Of a DNA stretch of 64,000 nt, positions 13,410-29,100 are shown in pieces. The notes under the pieces are model-generated. The model saw only the letters and a list, made by a program, of their open reading frames with translations. It did not search any database and was not told the origin of the DNA. Position 1 is the stretch's first letter; every line of letters starts with the position of its first letter. Position numbers and translations under genes: made by a program. The DNA lies in NCBI RefSeq assembly GCF_009914755.1, contig NC_060937.1; one strand, written 5' to 3'. Origin of the DNA: the human T2T-CHM13v2.0 reference genome, Homo sapiens.

Positions 13410-14800
13410 CATTTTTTTATTGTGGTAAAAAACACATAACATAAAATTTACCATCTTCACCATTTTTAGGTGCGCAGTTCAGTAGAGTTAAGTATATTCA
13501 CATTGTTGTGAAACAGATCTCCAGAACTTTTTCATCTTCTCAAGCTGAAACTCTATACCCGTTAAACAACTCCCCTTTGCTTCTTCCCCCAGCCCGTGGA
13601 AACCACCTTTCTTTCTGTTTCTGTGAATTTGACTACTCTTAAGTACCTCATGTAATTGGAGTCATTCAGTATCTGTCTTTTTATGACAGGCTTGTGTCAC
13701 TTAGCACCATGTCCTCAAGGTTTATACATGTTGTAGCATGTGACAGGAACCCCTCCTACTTGTTAAGACTAATAATATTTCATTCTGTGAAATACTTTGT
13801 TTATCCATATTCATCAGTGGACATTTGGGTTTCTTCTGCCTTTTGGCTACTGTGAATAGTGCTGCAGTGAATACAAGCATGCAAGTATCTCTTCAAGACC
13901 CTGATTTGAGTTCTTTTAGATATAGACACAGTAGTGGAATTGCTGGATTATATGGTAGTTCTGTTTTTAATATTTTGAGGAACCTACGTGCTGTTTTCCA
14001 TAGCGGCTGCACCATTTTATTGTCCCGTCAGCAGTATACAAGGGTTCCAGTTTCTTCACATCCTTGCCAACACTTGTTATTATCTGTTTGTTTGTTGTTA
14101 TTGTTTTGACAGTAGCCATCCTTATGGGTGTGAGGTGATATCTCATGTGGTTTTGACTTTTCAGTTCAGGGATGATTAGTGATGTTGAACATGTTTTTAT
14201 ATACCTGTCAGCCATGTGAGATATTTCTCCAAAGACATTTCTCTGGAGAAATGTCTATTCAAGTCCCTTGCCCATTTTTAAATTAGGTTGATTTTTTAAT
14301 TGATGAGTTTATAGGAATTCTTTATATATTATAAATATTAACCCTTTATCAGACATATGATTTGCAGATATTTTCTTCCATTCCATAGGAATGTTTATGT
14401 CCTCTGATTTTAAGTTTAATATAGTCCCATTTGTCAATTTTTTCTCTTGTTTCCTATGGTTTTGGTGTCATATTTAAGAAATCATTGCCATAACTAATGT
14501 CATGAAGCTTTTCCTCTATATTTTCTTCTAGGAGTTTTATAGTTTTAGGTCTTTAATCTGTTGCATGTGGATGTCCAGTTTCTCCAACATTCCTTAAAGA
14601 GACTGTTCTTTCCTCACTGAGTGGTCTTGGCACCTTGTTGAAAGTCATTGACCATATACATGACGGTTTACTTCTGGGATCTCTTGTCTATTCCACTGGT
14701 CTAGTTGTCTGTCTTTATGCCAGTACTACATATTTTGATTATTGTTGCATTGTATTAAGTTTTGAAATCAGGAAGTATGAGTCCTCGAACTTTGTTTTTT
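13410..14800 (-). mobile_element. L1M (L1MB-like) 3' fragment, antisense to the gene
   Basis: Minus-strand ORF2-like peptide (HMRYHLTPIRMA) and L1M 3' UTR. Confidence 0.85.
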
Positions 14801-15217
14801 TTTTTAATTTTTACTTCATAAATTCCAAAAGGAGTAATTTTATTAATATCTAATGGGAAGTCACTGTATTATATATCCTTTGAAAAGATTGTCATAATCA
14901 AGTGAAAATAGAATGTTGAGCAATTTCTGAATGTATCTGGGCATTTGAGATAACTTACCTAGTTTCAAATGCAAATTTTGCTTCTACCATAAATTATACA
15001 GATTTGCTACTACATTATGCAGTTTCACAAGATAATTGCATCTACCTGTCCTTTGTAGACTTGTTCTCTATATTACTATTTTTGTCATAGAAAATTTATG
15101 TTATATATATGAAAAAAAGAAAATCACTTGAATTCCCACAATCTAGAAATAGTCGCTGTTCATATACAGTATATAATATACTCCCAAAATTTTTTCATTG
15201 CAAATATATACACATAA

Positions 15218-15516
<299 letters not shown>

Positions 15517-15659
15517 ACACACGACTATTTTTATATGTATTGGTAAAGAATCTGAGAAAATTGATAATAAAAGTGTGTGCCTGCACAAAATGGAATTATA
15601 TGCATTCCTTTGTTTTCACTTAATGATATTTCATGACTTTTTAAAAATGCGTATGGTAG

Positions 15660-16093
<434 letters not shown>

Positions 16094-16650
16094 GTATTCT
16101 TACACATACATCTTTACCCAGTTGATTATTTCTTTAGGATGAGTTTCTAAATATGAAATTACTAGATAAGAAGTGTAAACTATTTTATTGAGTTCTAGTG
16201 ACAGATTGCTAAATTGCCCTCCTAAAAGTGGCAGTTTATGTTCCCACAGGCAATATATACATATACCTATTGGCCTACACTCACACCAGCACTTGACTAA
16301 TTTTCTAAGTAAAAATGATATATTTTCATTTTAATTTGAATGTACTTGATTAATAATGAAGTTAAACATTTTCATCTTAAATTTTTTAAAAAAATTTAAT
16401 TGTGTCGTGCTTTTCAGTTTAATTATGAAATTTTTAAATTATGAAACATTCTTCTTTTGGGAATGAAAGTTGTTTGCTTATTTTTCAATTATAGTGTTCA
16501 TTTCCACGATCAAGATTTTTAAGTTTTACCTTATAGACTGAAGGTATAGACAGTACCATAATTAGTACAATTTTTCAATCTTTGTTTGCCCGTTACCTAT
16601 TATTGATGATGCTATATTTATTTATTTTTGCCCTTCAGATTTCTTTAAAA

Positions 16651-16652
<2 letters not shown>

Positions 16653-16684
<32 letters not shown>
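16653..16684. repeat. (TG)n microsatellite
   Basis: About 16 perfect TG units. Confidence 0.95.
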
Positions 16685-16685
<1 letters not shown>

Positions 16686-17167
16686 TTGCTGTTCATCTCT
16701 TCCACTTTGACTCCTGGTTTCTTGTTATGCCTAGAAAGACATTCCTGTATCAAGATTGTATGAGTATTTCCCTACATTTTTCCGTTGCTTTTATGGTTGC
16801 TTGGTTTTTTGGTGTCTGAATTCCAAATGCTAAAACCTAGTTCTTTATTCATTTATAAGGTATTTTGTCGTTTAAGTTTCAATAAAAATGCCGAAGACCA
16901 CTGACTTTATATTCCCCCACCTGCACCCCCACCCCAATATAGAAGAAGTGCACTGAGAAGCATCTGCAAAGTTACGTTTAGGGGAATTGATATTTCTTAA
17001 GTGTCCACTGCTTCCTCTTCAAAAATGTGTCTACCTAAGATACTATTATTTAAGCCTCTGTGTACTTTTAACCGTAGAACTGGTAATGGAGACTGCTGGT
17101 AATTTATGACCACAACTGTAAGCTTAGATGAAAGAGTTAACAAGGAGTATTTTCCTTTCTCTTCTAG

Positions 17168-17253
17168 ATTTTATAGGAAGACGAAACTTGTCGGCTTTCA
17201 AGACATGGAGTGTGTGCCTTGTGGAGACCCTCCTCCTCCTTACGAACCGCACT
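17168..17253 (+). CDS. TNFRSF19: TNFRSF19 coding exon, end of CRD region (FYRKTKLVGFQDMECVPCGDPPPPYEPH)
   Basis: Pyrimidine tract plus ttctag|ATTT and donor CACT|gtgagt; 86 nt, phase 2 to 1; joins the previous exon in frame (GG+A = Gly). Confidence 0.97.
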
Positions 17254-20200
17254 GTGAGTGAACGCAACACAGGCAGAGCCAAGGGGACGCCTGGCCTTTT
17301 GAAAAAGTTTAAATTTGTAAACGTTTCTTCTCTGGCAGATGGAGCCAAATCTGTCTCTCCTGTGGGGTGTACAGTGTGTCCTCTTTAATCAGGCTTCTGG
17401 CAGGACAGAAAGTCCCTTTGTTCTGTGCCTCAGTCAGCAAACCGGTCCCAGGGATTTGAATCTCAGAGTGGAGTGCAGACATTTTGCCACTGCTCAGCTC
17501 CTTCTGAAGCCTTCCCTGGCACCCTGGGTCTGTAATTCAGGCCACTTTGAATAACCAGGCGGCTCACATCCTCACTCTTAGGTCTTCGTGCCCTGGCCCC
17601 ATGAATTCCTGGATTTTCCTTTCCTAGTCCCCAGACAGGATCATATGGTGGCATCTCTGCCTTCCCAGAGAAGTTCCTCTCTGTGAGTCACCTGCCCTCA
17701 CTGTGTGTCACTAAATGGAACTTAGTTCACTTCATCCATTCCTTCTTTTCTCTCATTTAACAAATAAATGAGAAAAGAGAACTCCATTGCATGCTGGGGA
17801 TACAACTGTATATGAGAAAATTGTGCCTTTTCCTCTTTATGTTAACATTAGTTACTCCTTTTGACTATGTATTTTGTGTAGATATAAAAGGTATTTGTTT
17901 CAAGTTATCAACCAGCATCAATTTTGAATAGGAAGAAGAGTGGCCTCTCACTCTTTTTAATCCTAAGTACAAACCTGGTCAATAGAAACCCACAGGAAGG
18001 GAACCGGTGAGTGGCCTCTATGTGGCAGAGCACGCTTGTCTGTGCCACAGCAGGGCTCAGGAGAGCCGCACTTCACGGCTCAGGGGAGAGCGAAGGGCAG
18101 GAGGGAGGACGGAGGAGGCTGCTCTATCCCACACACAGGTCGCTCATGCCTTTCTGGGGAGCATTGTTTTGATGTCATTTTCAATGCATGGGCTCTGTCC
18201 TCTTGCTTTTTGCTATGGTAAAAGTCCCCTCTGAACTAATTGAAAGTTAGTGCGTCATTTGATAAGGTCACATAGTACTTCTCTTTCCAAGAGTGTCATG
18301 GAATTTTGCAGTCCATATTAGTGTGTCCTTTACCAAAATGCATTATTTTCTATTCTTCATTTGAAGTGACAGAAAAGCAAAAGAAGTTGTAAGATTTTCT
18401 TTTATAGAAAACATATATCGATCCTCATTTTTATAATAGGTAAACATTCACCAAATAATTCATTGCAAATAACAAATGCAATATTGAATGCCTGTTATCA
18501 GTCACAATGCATATGCTTTACTTATTTTGTTTTACTTTTCTCAATAATCCTATCATCAGTCCAAATTTGTCAATGAGAACACTAGTCCAGAGAGGTGAAT
18601 CCTGTTCTGTTGTTGGCTGCTAAGTCCCAGAGACAATATTCAAATTCCAGTCCAATTCTTTCTACCACAACGTACTGTCTCCCTAAGCTCCCTAAGGAAA
18701 ACTAGGCTATCTCATCTTTCCTACACATTGACTCTTTCTTGTGTTGTTTGCTTTAATATTAATCACTTAAAGAAAACGCTAAAAATCTAACATGTCAGGG
18801 ACACTGGAAGAGTGTCTTTATGCCACGACACAACCCATCAAAGGACAAGCCCTCTTGCCAGTTTAACATGCAGTGACCTGGGCCTGCCTGTAGGTCAGCC
18901 CAGCCACCATTCTGTCAGGAAGGTGAGTTAAAATCATGCACTGCAGCCCAGACTGCTGCACAGAGATTCCGTGAAGTCAGTATTACCACTTTAGAGTCAG
19001 AAAGTCTTAGGGGTTTTTTCCCATTAATTTATTGGATTTATATTTAATACAATCAAGTCAAAACTCTGAGGCTTTGGGATTTTCTGCCTTCTGGGTTCTG
19101 ACTAAGCTCAGATATCACAAATTTGCCTTTGAAGGTAGATCTCACATGTAACTTTTAGTGTCTTGTGACGTCCTTACTAATTTAGTGTTGGGTGAAGTCC
19201 TTAGTATTTTAAAAAGAAAATTAACCAGTATATATATATATACATATATATGTGTGTGTATATGTTTCTTCATATATGAAACTTTTTAGAAAGCAAGGAA
19301 GAATAAGCTATTTGTCAAAGTAAAACTTGCAGTGTGCACAGCTGATAGCCTTTCAAATAACAAAGCAAGACAGGCTGGTAGTCTTCAGTGAGCATGAGTC
19401 CTTATCTCTGTAAAAGAAAGTTTGCTGCCTTTGGCACAGTTCTTGGCAGTAATTCCAGAACACAGCTAATCTCCTCAAAAGAGATTTTGGAGTCTTTTGG
19501 GAAAATTTTGTAAGGCGCCTTATGTTTTCATTTCTTCCACTTTGGGCTTTTTTTTTTTTTTAGCTCATCCACAAAGAGCTACTGCTTCAGTGATGTTTTT
19601 CTCCCTCTTGAGGAGTTCCTGTGCTGCTTAGATTCTCAGCTAGAAGAAAGTGACACCTCTCAAGCTAACTTAAGGAGTGGGGTTTGTTTCAAGGACATGC
19701 CTGGTAGTGGGAGAGGCAAGAACTCTCTGGAACCAGGAGTAGCCCTCCCTGGGGGTCCCAGGTGGCTCGGAGTCTGGTGGCACACCACGCCTTCTGCAGA
19801 AGGAGACCCTGTATGCTGCATGCTCTACAGCAGCTCTCTGGGTCTGCGGGGCTGTCTGTCCTAACCTAATGGGTCTCTTTGCTCTGGATTTCCCATTTCT
19901 GTCAGCTGCCCCAGGGACCACCCCAGTACCACGCCTATCTGTGGCTGGTGACCTGAGCCAGCACTCCCCTCCCCAAGGGCTAGGTCTTCCCTTGTGAAAT
20001 GGAGTGGTACCTGCCTGCTAAGGAACAGACCCACCTGCCTGCTGTGGTTGTATTGCCAGAAGTGTTGGATTCACATCTTGGCTGCGCTTTGTACTGATGG
20101 TGTAACCTTGGGCAAATAGTCTCCCCTCTTTGAACCTCTGTTTACTCTGGAAAATGCCCAAGTCTGCAGATTTTGGATAGAACTAAATGAACTAGTAGTC

Positions 20201-20482
20201 CAGCAACATGATACCTGCCCCGGGGCAAGCTCAGTAATGACTGTCTACCTGCTGGCCTGCCTTCTTTCAAACCATGACCCTGCCTGTCCTCGGCCATACC
20301 CTGACCCAGATGTGTTCTTTGGAGGGTCTGCTGCTTTGGAGTTGTCCTGGACGGGGAGGATCTCATGGTGCATCTGGCTCTGATGTTTGTCTTCTGGGGC
20401 TTCACCTCCCCTGGTGGGTGAGCACTGAAGGGTACCGGAAAGTGGGTTCCATGGAGTTTTGTGCCTGAGCAGCTCAGATGGG

Positions 20483-20811
<329 letters not shown>

Positions 20812-23571
20812 CTAGACTGGGAGGCTGAAGGCTGAAGAGACCCGAATTAGGCCAGTCTCTCCCCTCTCTATCTGGATCTGAGGCCTCTGGCCCTACCCCC
20901 ACCAGATGAGCTGTATGCCCCGCCTCCCCAATAACAATGGATTTGTGATGATAATCCTCCCATAGCCCGTCTGTCTGGGCACTAATGGCATTAATGTGTG
21001 ATACTGACTGGCTGGGCATGGAGCTCAGGGTTGATGAGTGACACTCCTGTAAACTGCAGATAAATAAAAGACACCCATTACATAGAAATGCCTGCTGCAG
21101 GCATTGTTCCCCCAAGTAACTTCAGTTCCTAATCACCTGTGCCCACTTAGAGCTTCAAGGAGAAATAGAGAAAAATACACAAGAAAGTTTAGAACCATAT
21201 CCTGCCTTCAGTCTGATAAGAAATGCAGATTTAGTATGATTTCTTTTAGCAATGTTTACTTAATTTGGAACAAATACTGTGGTTGGAACAAATGGTTTTG
21301 AAAAAATTCAAAGGGGTTTTCACCAGAGTAAAACTTTATTTAAGTATGTTTAACCTAGATGTTTGCTTTGTTCTCGGGGGCTTTGTAAGACAAGCCACGT
21401 GATTCTGGAGAGATAAGGGATCAGATAAATCACTGTGTGAGAGAAAAGAAAGCCTGAGCTGGGCTGACCTGCAACTCTTAGGAATTGTATGTGGCTTCAT
21501 AGTCTTAGAAGACAGCAAGCAGTTGTTTGCACCAATAAGTAATAAATCACATTATTAAAAGTTTATTATTTTCCAAAGGAAGTTTAAAATATATTTTAAA
21601 TAACAAATAAAGGCAATTTCAAAATAAACTTTGAGACGTATTTGCTCATTAAAGATAATTTTTAACATTTAGTAGAAAAAAGTGAGTGGTGGAAGGGAAC
21701 CCCAGTAGTCCCCAAAACAGAGCATTTGCAGCATTGATCATTACAAAAACAAAGCATTCTAAGGGTTTTCTTTTCAGTCTTTTTTCTATCTATGCCACTG
21801 ATTTTGAAAAGATGAGCATAATTACACTGTACATACTATTTTGGATTCTTTTGCCACTTCGGATATACTTTTTTTCATATAATGACTTGTCTGGGTAAAG
21901 TGTCACACAGGTATGTGGCCTACAGTTGGACTTCTGAGGCTGTTCCTATTCCACGTGACACTGCTGTCCCCTTCTGTGCGAGCTGTCATGCCTTATTCAT
22001 GCACTAACGATGGATGTCCATGAGTGTATTTCTGTGTCCAGAGGTACTCATATTTTTGTCTCTTGACATTCAGTGTTAAATTATTTTAAAGTAAGAGTGC
22101 CTGGTAAGTAAGAGTACCTCTTTTAAACCAAACAAAAACAAATTTAAAAGGAAATAAATTGGGAGCATTTTGAAATCAATACAGGTTTCCTTTAAAGGAG
22201 AAGGAAGAGGAGGGAGTCTGGGAGGGAGGGGGAGAAATAGCAAGTTCCTCGTGTTGAATTCCAAGTTGACTTCAGCTCTTTCCTGGGTATTTCAGCCAAC
22301 CAAACCATGGAGTTAAGAAGCCAGCTCTTGGTATCCTCTTCTTCCTGGGCACTGAAACATTTACTGAATCTGATCAGAGTAAATGACTGCATAATGAGAC
22401 GCAGATGAGATATAGATAATCCAAAAGCATTTTCCATTTGCTGGGAATGTCATGTGATTTTTACTCTGTTTGTGGATGGTTTTTTGTTTCTGCAGTGGAG
22501 TTGTTTCTGATGAGTTTGCTAATACTTAACAGCCCTTTTCCAAGAGGACTTCCTGGGGCCTCTGCATGATGAGCCCACAAAGCCAGTGCCTAAAGGACTA
22601 ATTAAGGGCTCCATTTACTGAGGGTTTTCAAGTCGGCTGTGGTCCTCAGACCAAGACTCCTAAGTGTCCAGCCAGGGGATCACTGGCACAGCTGCTCTTA
22701 AGGGGCCTTGCTTTGGGTATTGTTTCAGGAACACATAACTGCTACTATGCATTTTAAATGAGTATCTGAGGCAGCAGAGAAGGGGTGGCTTCTTATAGGC
22801 AAGTCTTAAATACTTAGCTCTTTACTGCCAAACAGAACTTTCAGGGCAGGGAATAGGAAGACAATGAGATCAAAGGAAAGCCCATGGTTTGTGGAAGACA
22901 GATTACCCAACCAGGCCTCCCTGGGAGGTTCAAAGCAGGGATTCCCTCCATTGTTCACCCATTTATGGTTGGTTTAAGTTACTGTTGCTCCTTCTCCCCT
23001 TCCTTCCATTGTCTAGAGTTCCTTGGTTTTCTTTACTGTATCTCTTTCTTTTTGTCAATAACATGTGATTTCATTATTTTACTGGAAAATAATCTAAAAT
23101 AGTGGTAGTCAAAGGTTGCTTATGTGGAAACCAAATAAACACAGCTGAAAACTTAAACCAGGTCTCCCCACAGAGTCCCAGCTCTATATCTCTATCAAGA
23201 GGACACCTTTAAATCTCTCCCTTGGAACTCATTTATTTTTTGTTGCAAGCATTACTGTACCAAGCCAAACCAGCCATGGTGGAGAGGATTAGAAGAGAGA
23301 GGAGAAGCTAATCGAGGCAGAGATGGAGGCAGCCAGAAGTGAAAGCGCAGCCTGCAGGGAGGAGTCAGAAACTCACAAAAAGCAGCATGAAGAACCCCAA
23401 ACACATTGTCATTTGATGCCTTTTAGTGTGGAGCAAACAGACCTTTTCATCCTAATGACTGACCCCTGAGGTTTTCTCTCTAATACCCCTTAGTATGATA
23501 ATTACAGTTCTTATTATTATTCTGGACCCCAAAAAGGGGTGCAGGGATGATCAAATTACACTTGTTGACGT

Positions 23572-23848
23572 CTTTTTTTTTTTTTTTTTGAGACAGTCTC
23601 ACTCTGTTAGCCCAGGCTAGAGTGCAGTGGTGCAATCACCACAGATCTCTGTAGCCTCAACTTCACAGGCTCAAGTGATCCTCCCACCTCAGCCTCCTGA
23701 GTAGCTGGGCCCACAGGTACATGCCAGCATGGCTGGCTAGTTTTTGTGTTTTCGGTAGAGCTGAGGTTGAATTCCTGAGCTCAAGTGATCCACCTGCCTC
23801 AGCCTCCCAAAGTTCTGGGATTACAGGCATGAGCCACCACACCTGACC
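23572..23848 (-). mobile_element. AluJ-like element with internal deletion
   Basis: Poly(T) and antisense Alu arms, with the ttcaccatgttg segment missing. Confidence 0.88.
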
Positions 23849-24027
23849 ATGAAGTCTTTTTCAAGAAAGCAGAAAACTGTTGTAATTCATTTAAAAATGA
23901 TTTACATCAGAAATGACCCTCTCAAGGTTATTTGCTTATTGAGGTAAACAATTGTTTTCTGAAAATATGTTGAAAATTTGTTACAGCAAACTCCTCATTT
24001 TCTGAGGATGCTCAAAACAATAGCTGG

Positions 24028-24370
<343 letters not shown>

Positions 24371-25761
24371 TTAAATGTCTTGGCCTGTTTAGAGAAAAAA
24401 TACACCATAAATGTAATTGGTTTATATAATTATTTAGCTATTTCAAACACTTATTCTCCAGATATGTTTCCATAGCCCTAATTTCATTAAAGTTACAGAA
24501 ATCAGAAAATTCTTTAAAAAGTTTCTTAAACACATGTGCCCTACATTGATTCTTGTCTCCCAAGAAATGCCCTTTTTCTCAAATTGAAATCTTTCAAATT
24601 TAGCAGTTTTCTCCCATAAAGTTGCTAAATATTTGTAAGTCATTGACTTTGTCTGTTATCAGTAAAAATGGAAAAGTTGAATGCCTTGACTGAGTGAGTT
24701 GACAGCACCCCTTGAATTGGGAGCTGCTCTTCAAAGTCGCTGTGTGCCTGAGCCTTTGGTGGGGCCTTCTGAGAACAGTAGCAGTTGATTATTACCCAGT
24801 CACCAATAAATCGAATTTCTCTGGCTTTTATCTTCAGTCTCTGTTAGACATTTAAAACCATTGAGCTGGTTTAAATATTTACTCACAATCAACAGGTTGT
24901 GATTTGTTAAAGGGCATCACTAAATTAAATGTTTTTCAGATTAAGTACAGTTTATTTTTAAAAATCTAAAATCCAGCAGGACTGTTTCATTAAGCTGTGG
25001 ACTTAGTGAAATAAGGTGGACTTAAGTCCACACGTAGTGAAACAGTGCATTGGTGGCCACACACATGGATCAGTGATTTGTGTGTGTCCCCATCAAATGC
25101 TTAAAATAAATGTGAGCTTATGGAGGAAAGCAGACTCACATTTGATGCCAAACCTGTAGTGGATATACTCAAAGTTCAGGCTCTATCACTCCTTTTTGTA
25201 TAGGGAGCATTCACCCTCTTGAGGTGGCATGTGAGGGCCTGCACCGTGTGGGAAAACAGCTCTTGGGTTCACGGTCTAAGGAAGACCAGGGGATGTGGCC
25301 TTAACCAATGGATTGGGATCGTTTTGTCTTTAAACTTGGGTGTCTAGCCACTTCCTAGGGGGTTTACTTGAGTACCGTCGTTTTTGAGAAGGGAAAAAAG
25401 AAGTTCCAGAATAGTGTGAAATAGCAAGTATTTCTTGCATTCCGAAAGGTACCAGGCATTTCATCTGCATTTCTCAGCCTGCCCTTCACATAATGGTCCA
25501 TGGTGTGTGTTTCCTTAAAGCCCTCATTCCACAGGACATGGTCACGTGGAGGGTAGGTGAGTCCTACCCCAGGCCTTCCTGGCAGCACAGACAGGCCAAG
25601 CTCAATACTGCCTCTCCAGGTGAACTCCGAGGGACAGGATTAAGAGAGTTTTAAAATAATTTATAAATTAAGAAAAATTCTGAACCTATAAATAAAATGT
25701 AATTGAGTCATCCTACTTGAAAAAATGGGTAAAGAATCTCAAAGGTTGAAAAGGGCATTAG

Positions 25762-26152
<391 letters not shown>

Positions 26153-29100
26153 TAATTGCTTCATTTATTATTTCGATTATCTCAGAGAAAATATTTTAAG
26201 TATTCATGAGAGTTTTATCTATTGTAAGTCATGCAGCAGTTTTCTTAATTAAATATTTAAGAAACATTTTTCTTGATAATTATAATTTTAAAAGGATGTT
26301 TTAACTTTCAAAATAATTTTTGAACTTTACTGAAATATAATGTATATACAAGAAGATGCATCATTTTAAATGTAAAATTCAGTGAGTTTTGATGGATGTA
26401 TAACTTATGTAATCATTTCCCCCATCATGATACAGAACATTTCTGTCACCCTCCCATAAGGAAAGTGACTATTTTTAAGCATTGGTCTTCTTGGAGTGGC
26501 CTCAGAGGGGTCCGTTAGTGAGACGTCTAGGGGATATGGTTTAGGCATCTTTTTGCTCTATTGCTGTTGTAAAATGTGTGCATGTGTGTGTTAATGTTTC
26601 CTGTCCTTGCTTCATTCTCTGTCAAGAGACCAACGGGTTATGTTATGAAATTTTCTCTTTAAATGATTTTCTGAAAAATCTTCACTATTGAACTTTCTAA
26701 AATGCCATTGAAAATAATTCCTGAAAATATTGCCAGGGGTCGTAGGAGGCATGGTTTTCTTCAAAATGAGAAAAATTGCTTTTTAAAATTCTTGGTATTG
26801 GAATGTTTAACACAGGAAACATGTCAGGGAGTCTGTTTTGGGTGCAGAATGCTAGTCTAGATATTAATGAAGTGCTGCAGAAACACATCTCTCCCAGGTT
26901 GTGAATGATCTCCTCGTCTTCTCCTTTAGGGACAGCTATCTTGAATGCTAAGATATCCGTATCACTGATGAGGACACTGGGGCTGCCCTGGTGAAAACCA
27001 CAGGCCAACTTCCCAGTTCTCAGGGAGTTAAGATTCCGATGCTGCAGGGCAGAGCTATTATTTACAATAAGGTGCTGAGGGAAGGTTTATTAAGATGACC
27101 CTAGGACAGGGCCCTGAAAGAGGGGAGGAGGCGGAGACACCCACAGCAGAGGCCACAGCTGGTGACTGAGTCGATAGGTGCATCACGTAGGGCTCCTGGG
27201 CCGTTATGAAGATACATTTAACTTCCCTCGGACTCCTGTTGGAAGTAGAGTTGAGGGGAGCAAGGGAGGAAGCAGGAGCTCACTCTCCTAGTTTCAGCAG
27301 AGCATTTTTAGCTGGCACAGTAGATGTATGTGCTTTGAGAAATAGTGTGGCTTTTCACCCCTTTCTCAAGAGTTGGTTATTAGTTTATTTAATTCAATTT
27401 ATTTAATTTAAATAAATCATGTATTTACTAGTTATGTGTTAATAATATTATAATATTTGCTATGTTTTGTTTGCCTCTTCAGATAGTCAAGGAAAATTAG
27501 AGTTGTTGTTTTTTTTCCTAAACCCAAGTGAAACACGTATTTGAAAGAGGTTAACTTAAGCTTTTATATTCTGCCGTAAGCTTTTACATTATCATGAGTG
27601 TTTTCTATGATTTTAGGCCCGGGGGACACAGATGAAGGCCTGAAAAATAAAATCAGGGGAAGCTCTCTCTGATTACTAATTTTCTCACAACTATCTCAGT
27701 TGATATCCCAAGACTAATGCAAACCCATCTACTTGATGTTTTTCATGGAAGCTCATTTAGGCTTCGCTGTGAAGAAGGCTTGATTTTGAGTCCTAACACT
27801 TAATTTTCAGACAAATTATTTAACTTTTCTTCATCCCTGTTTCTTAAAATGAAGATGCTAGTGATTGTAAAAGAGGCAGTAATGCCGGGGCTGAGTCCTG
27901 AATCGACTTCCTGTTCCAAGTCTCAAGAAAAACATTCTCTTTCTAACCTAACCTGGAGTTTTGTGCTTTGCCGTAAGTCCTGTCAAATGTAAAATTATAA
28001 GTGAATTAATACCGGTATCAATTCTGCTGGCATAGAGGATAGCAGGAAGCACTGTCTAAATCCAGATTTTCTTTTCAGTCTAGACTCAAACAACCATACC
28101 AAACTGTGCACAGATATACATTTTTTTCTTAGTTGGAAGTTAATGGGTGGAAATAATTTGAGTGTCATCATCTGAGAATAATTTCACAGATTACTTCTTC
28201 AAATAGTGCAGTGAGGTAAATAAGAGTTATCCACTGATGACAGGGAAGGCAGCCTCACAGGATCAGGGTCCGCAGGCTAACACCTGCCTGTCTCCACGTG
28301 GCCTTCTCCAAATGCAAGGGAAAATGGACACTCCCTGCTTTCTTTCACAGGGGCTGGAGGCCGGAGCCCAAAATGGAGCCTGGCACTCAAAGGGTTAAGG
28401 AGAGTCCGTGGTGGAACTGGGAGGGCGGAGGCCCAAGTTTCTGGTCTCTGTTGGATTCCCAGATGGCAGCGCCAGTTGAAGCACACTATTTTTGAGCTTG
28501 CTCTCCCTCAGCACAGATGTTCAAGGCCATAATAATGTGTTTCTTTTATGGTGTCTTTTCTGTTTCTCGGTGCAGAAGTTTAAAAGCTTCATTGTTTCAT
28601 CAGTCAGATAAACACAGCAAGACGTTATGGGTCCGTAGACTATTAAAAAGAAAAACATCCTTGCGGGTAGGGAAGGTTCCTTTACTCTCTCATGTTTGTG
28701 AGAAACACTGTAGGTAATCTGCTGCCATTGTGCAGCTTTTAATTGTTTTCAATGTTAATGATGGTATTTATGGTAATTAACATACAAAACAGCTGTACTT
28801 ACAATCCGGCAAGTGCCAAAGAGGATCCTGAAGCAGTGAGTTGCTCCGGCATAATGGGGTGCCTTCAGTCAGCCCTGCAGTTAGGGCCAGGCGCTGAGGC
28901 CTGGGGTGCACCTGCCTGCCTTGCCAGCCCCTCCCCATGGTCATTGCTTTTTCGGTCTTCTTTTCTTTTACTCAAAGACAGGCGTGATCATATTTGGCCT
29001 AGTCCATCCTGGTGGGCAGCAGGTCTCTAGACCAAGTGATCTGGAAGCAAGATGGAAAGAGCAGAAATCAAGTTTGGTTGAGGAACTGACCAGATCTCAG

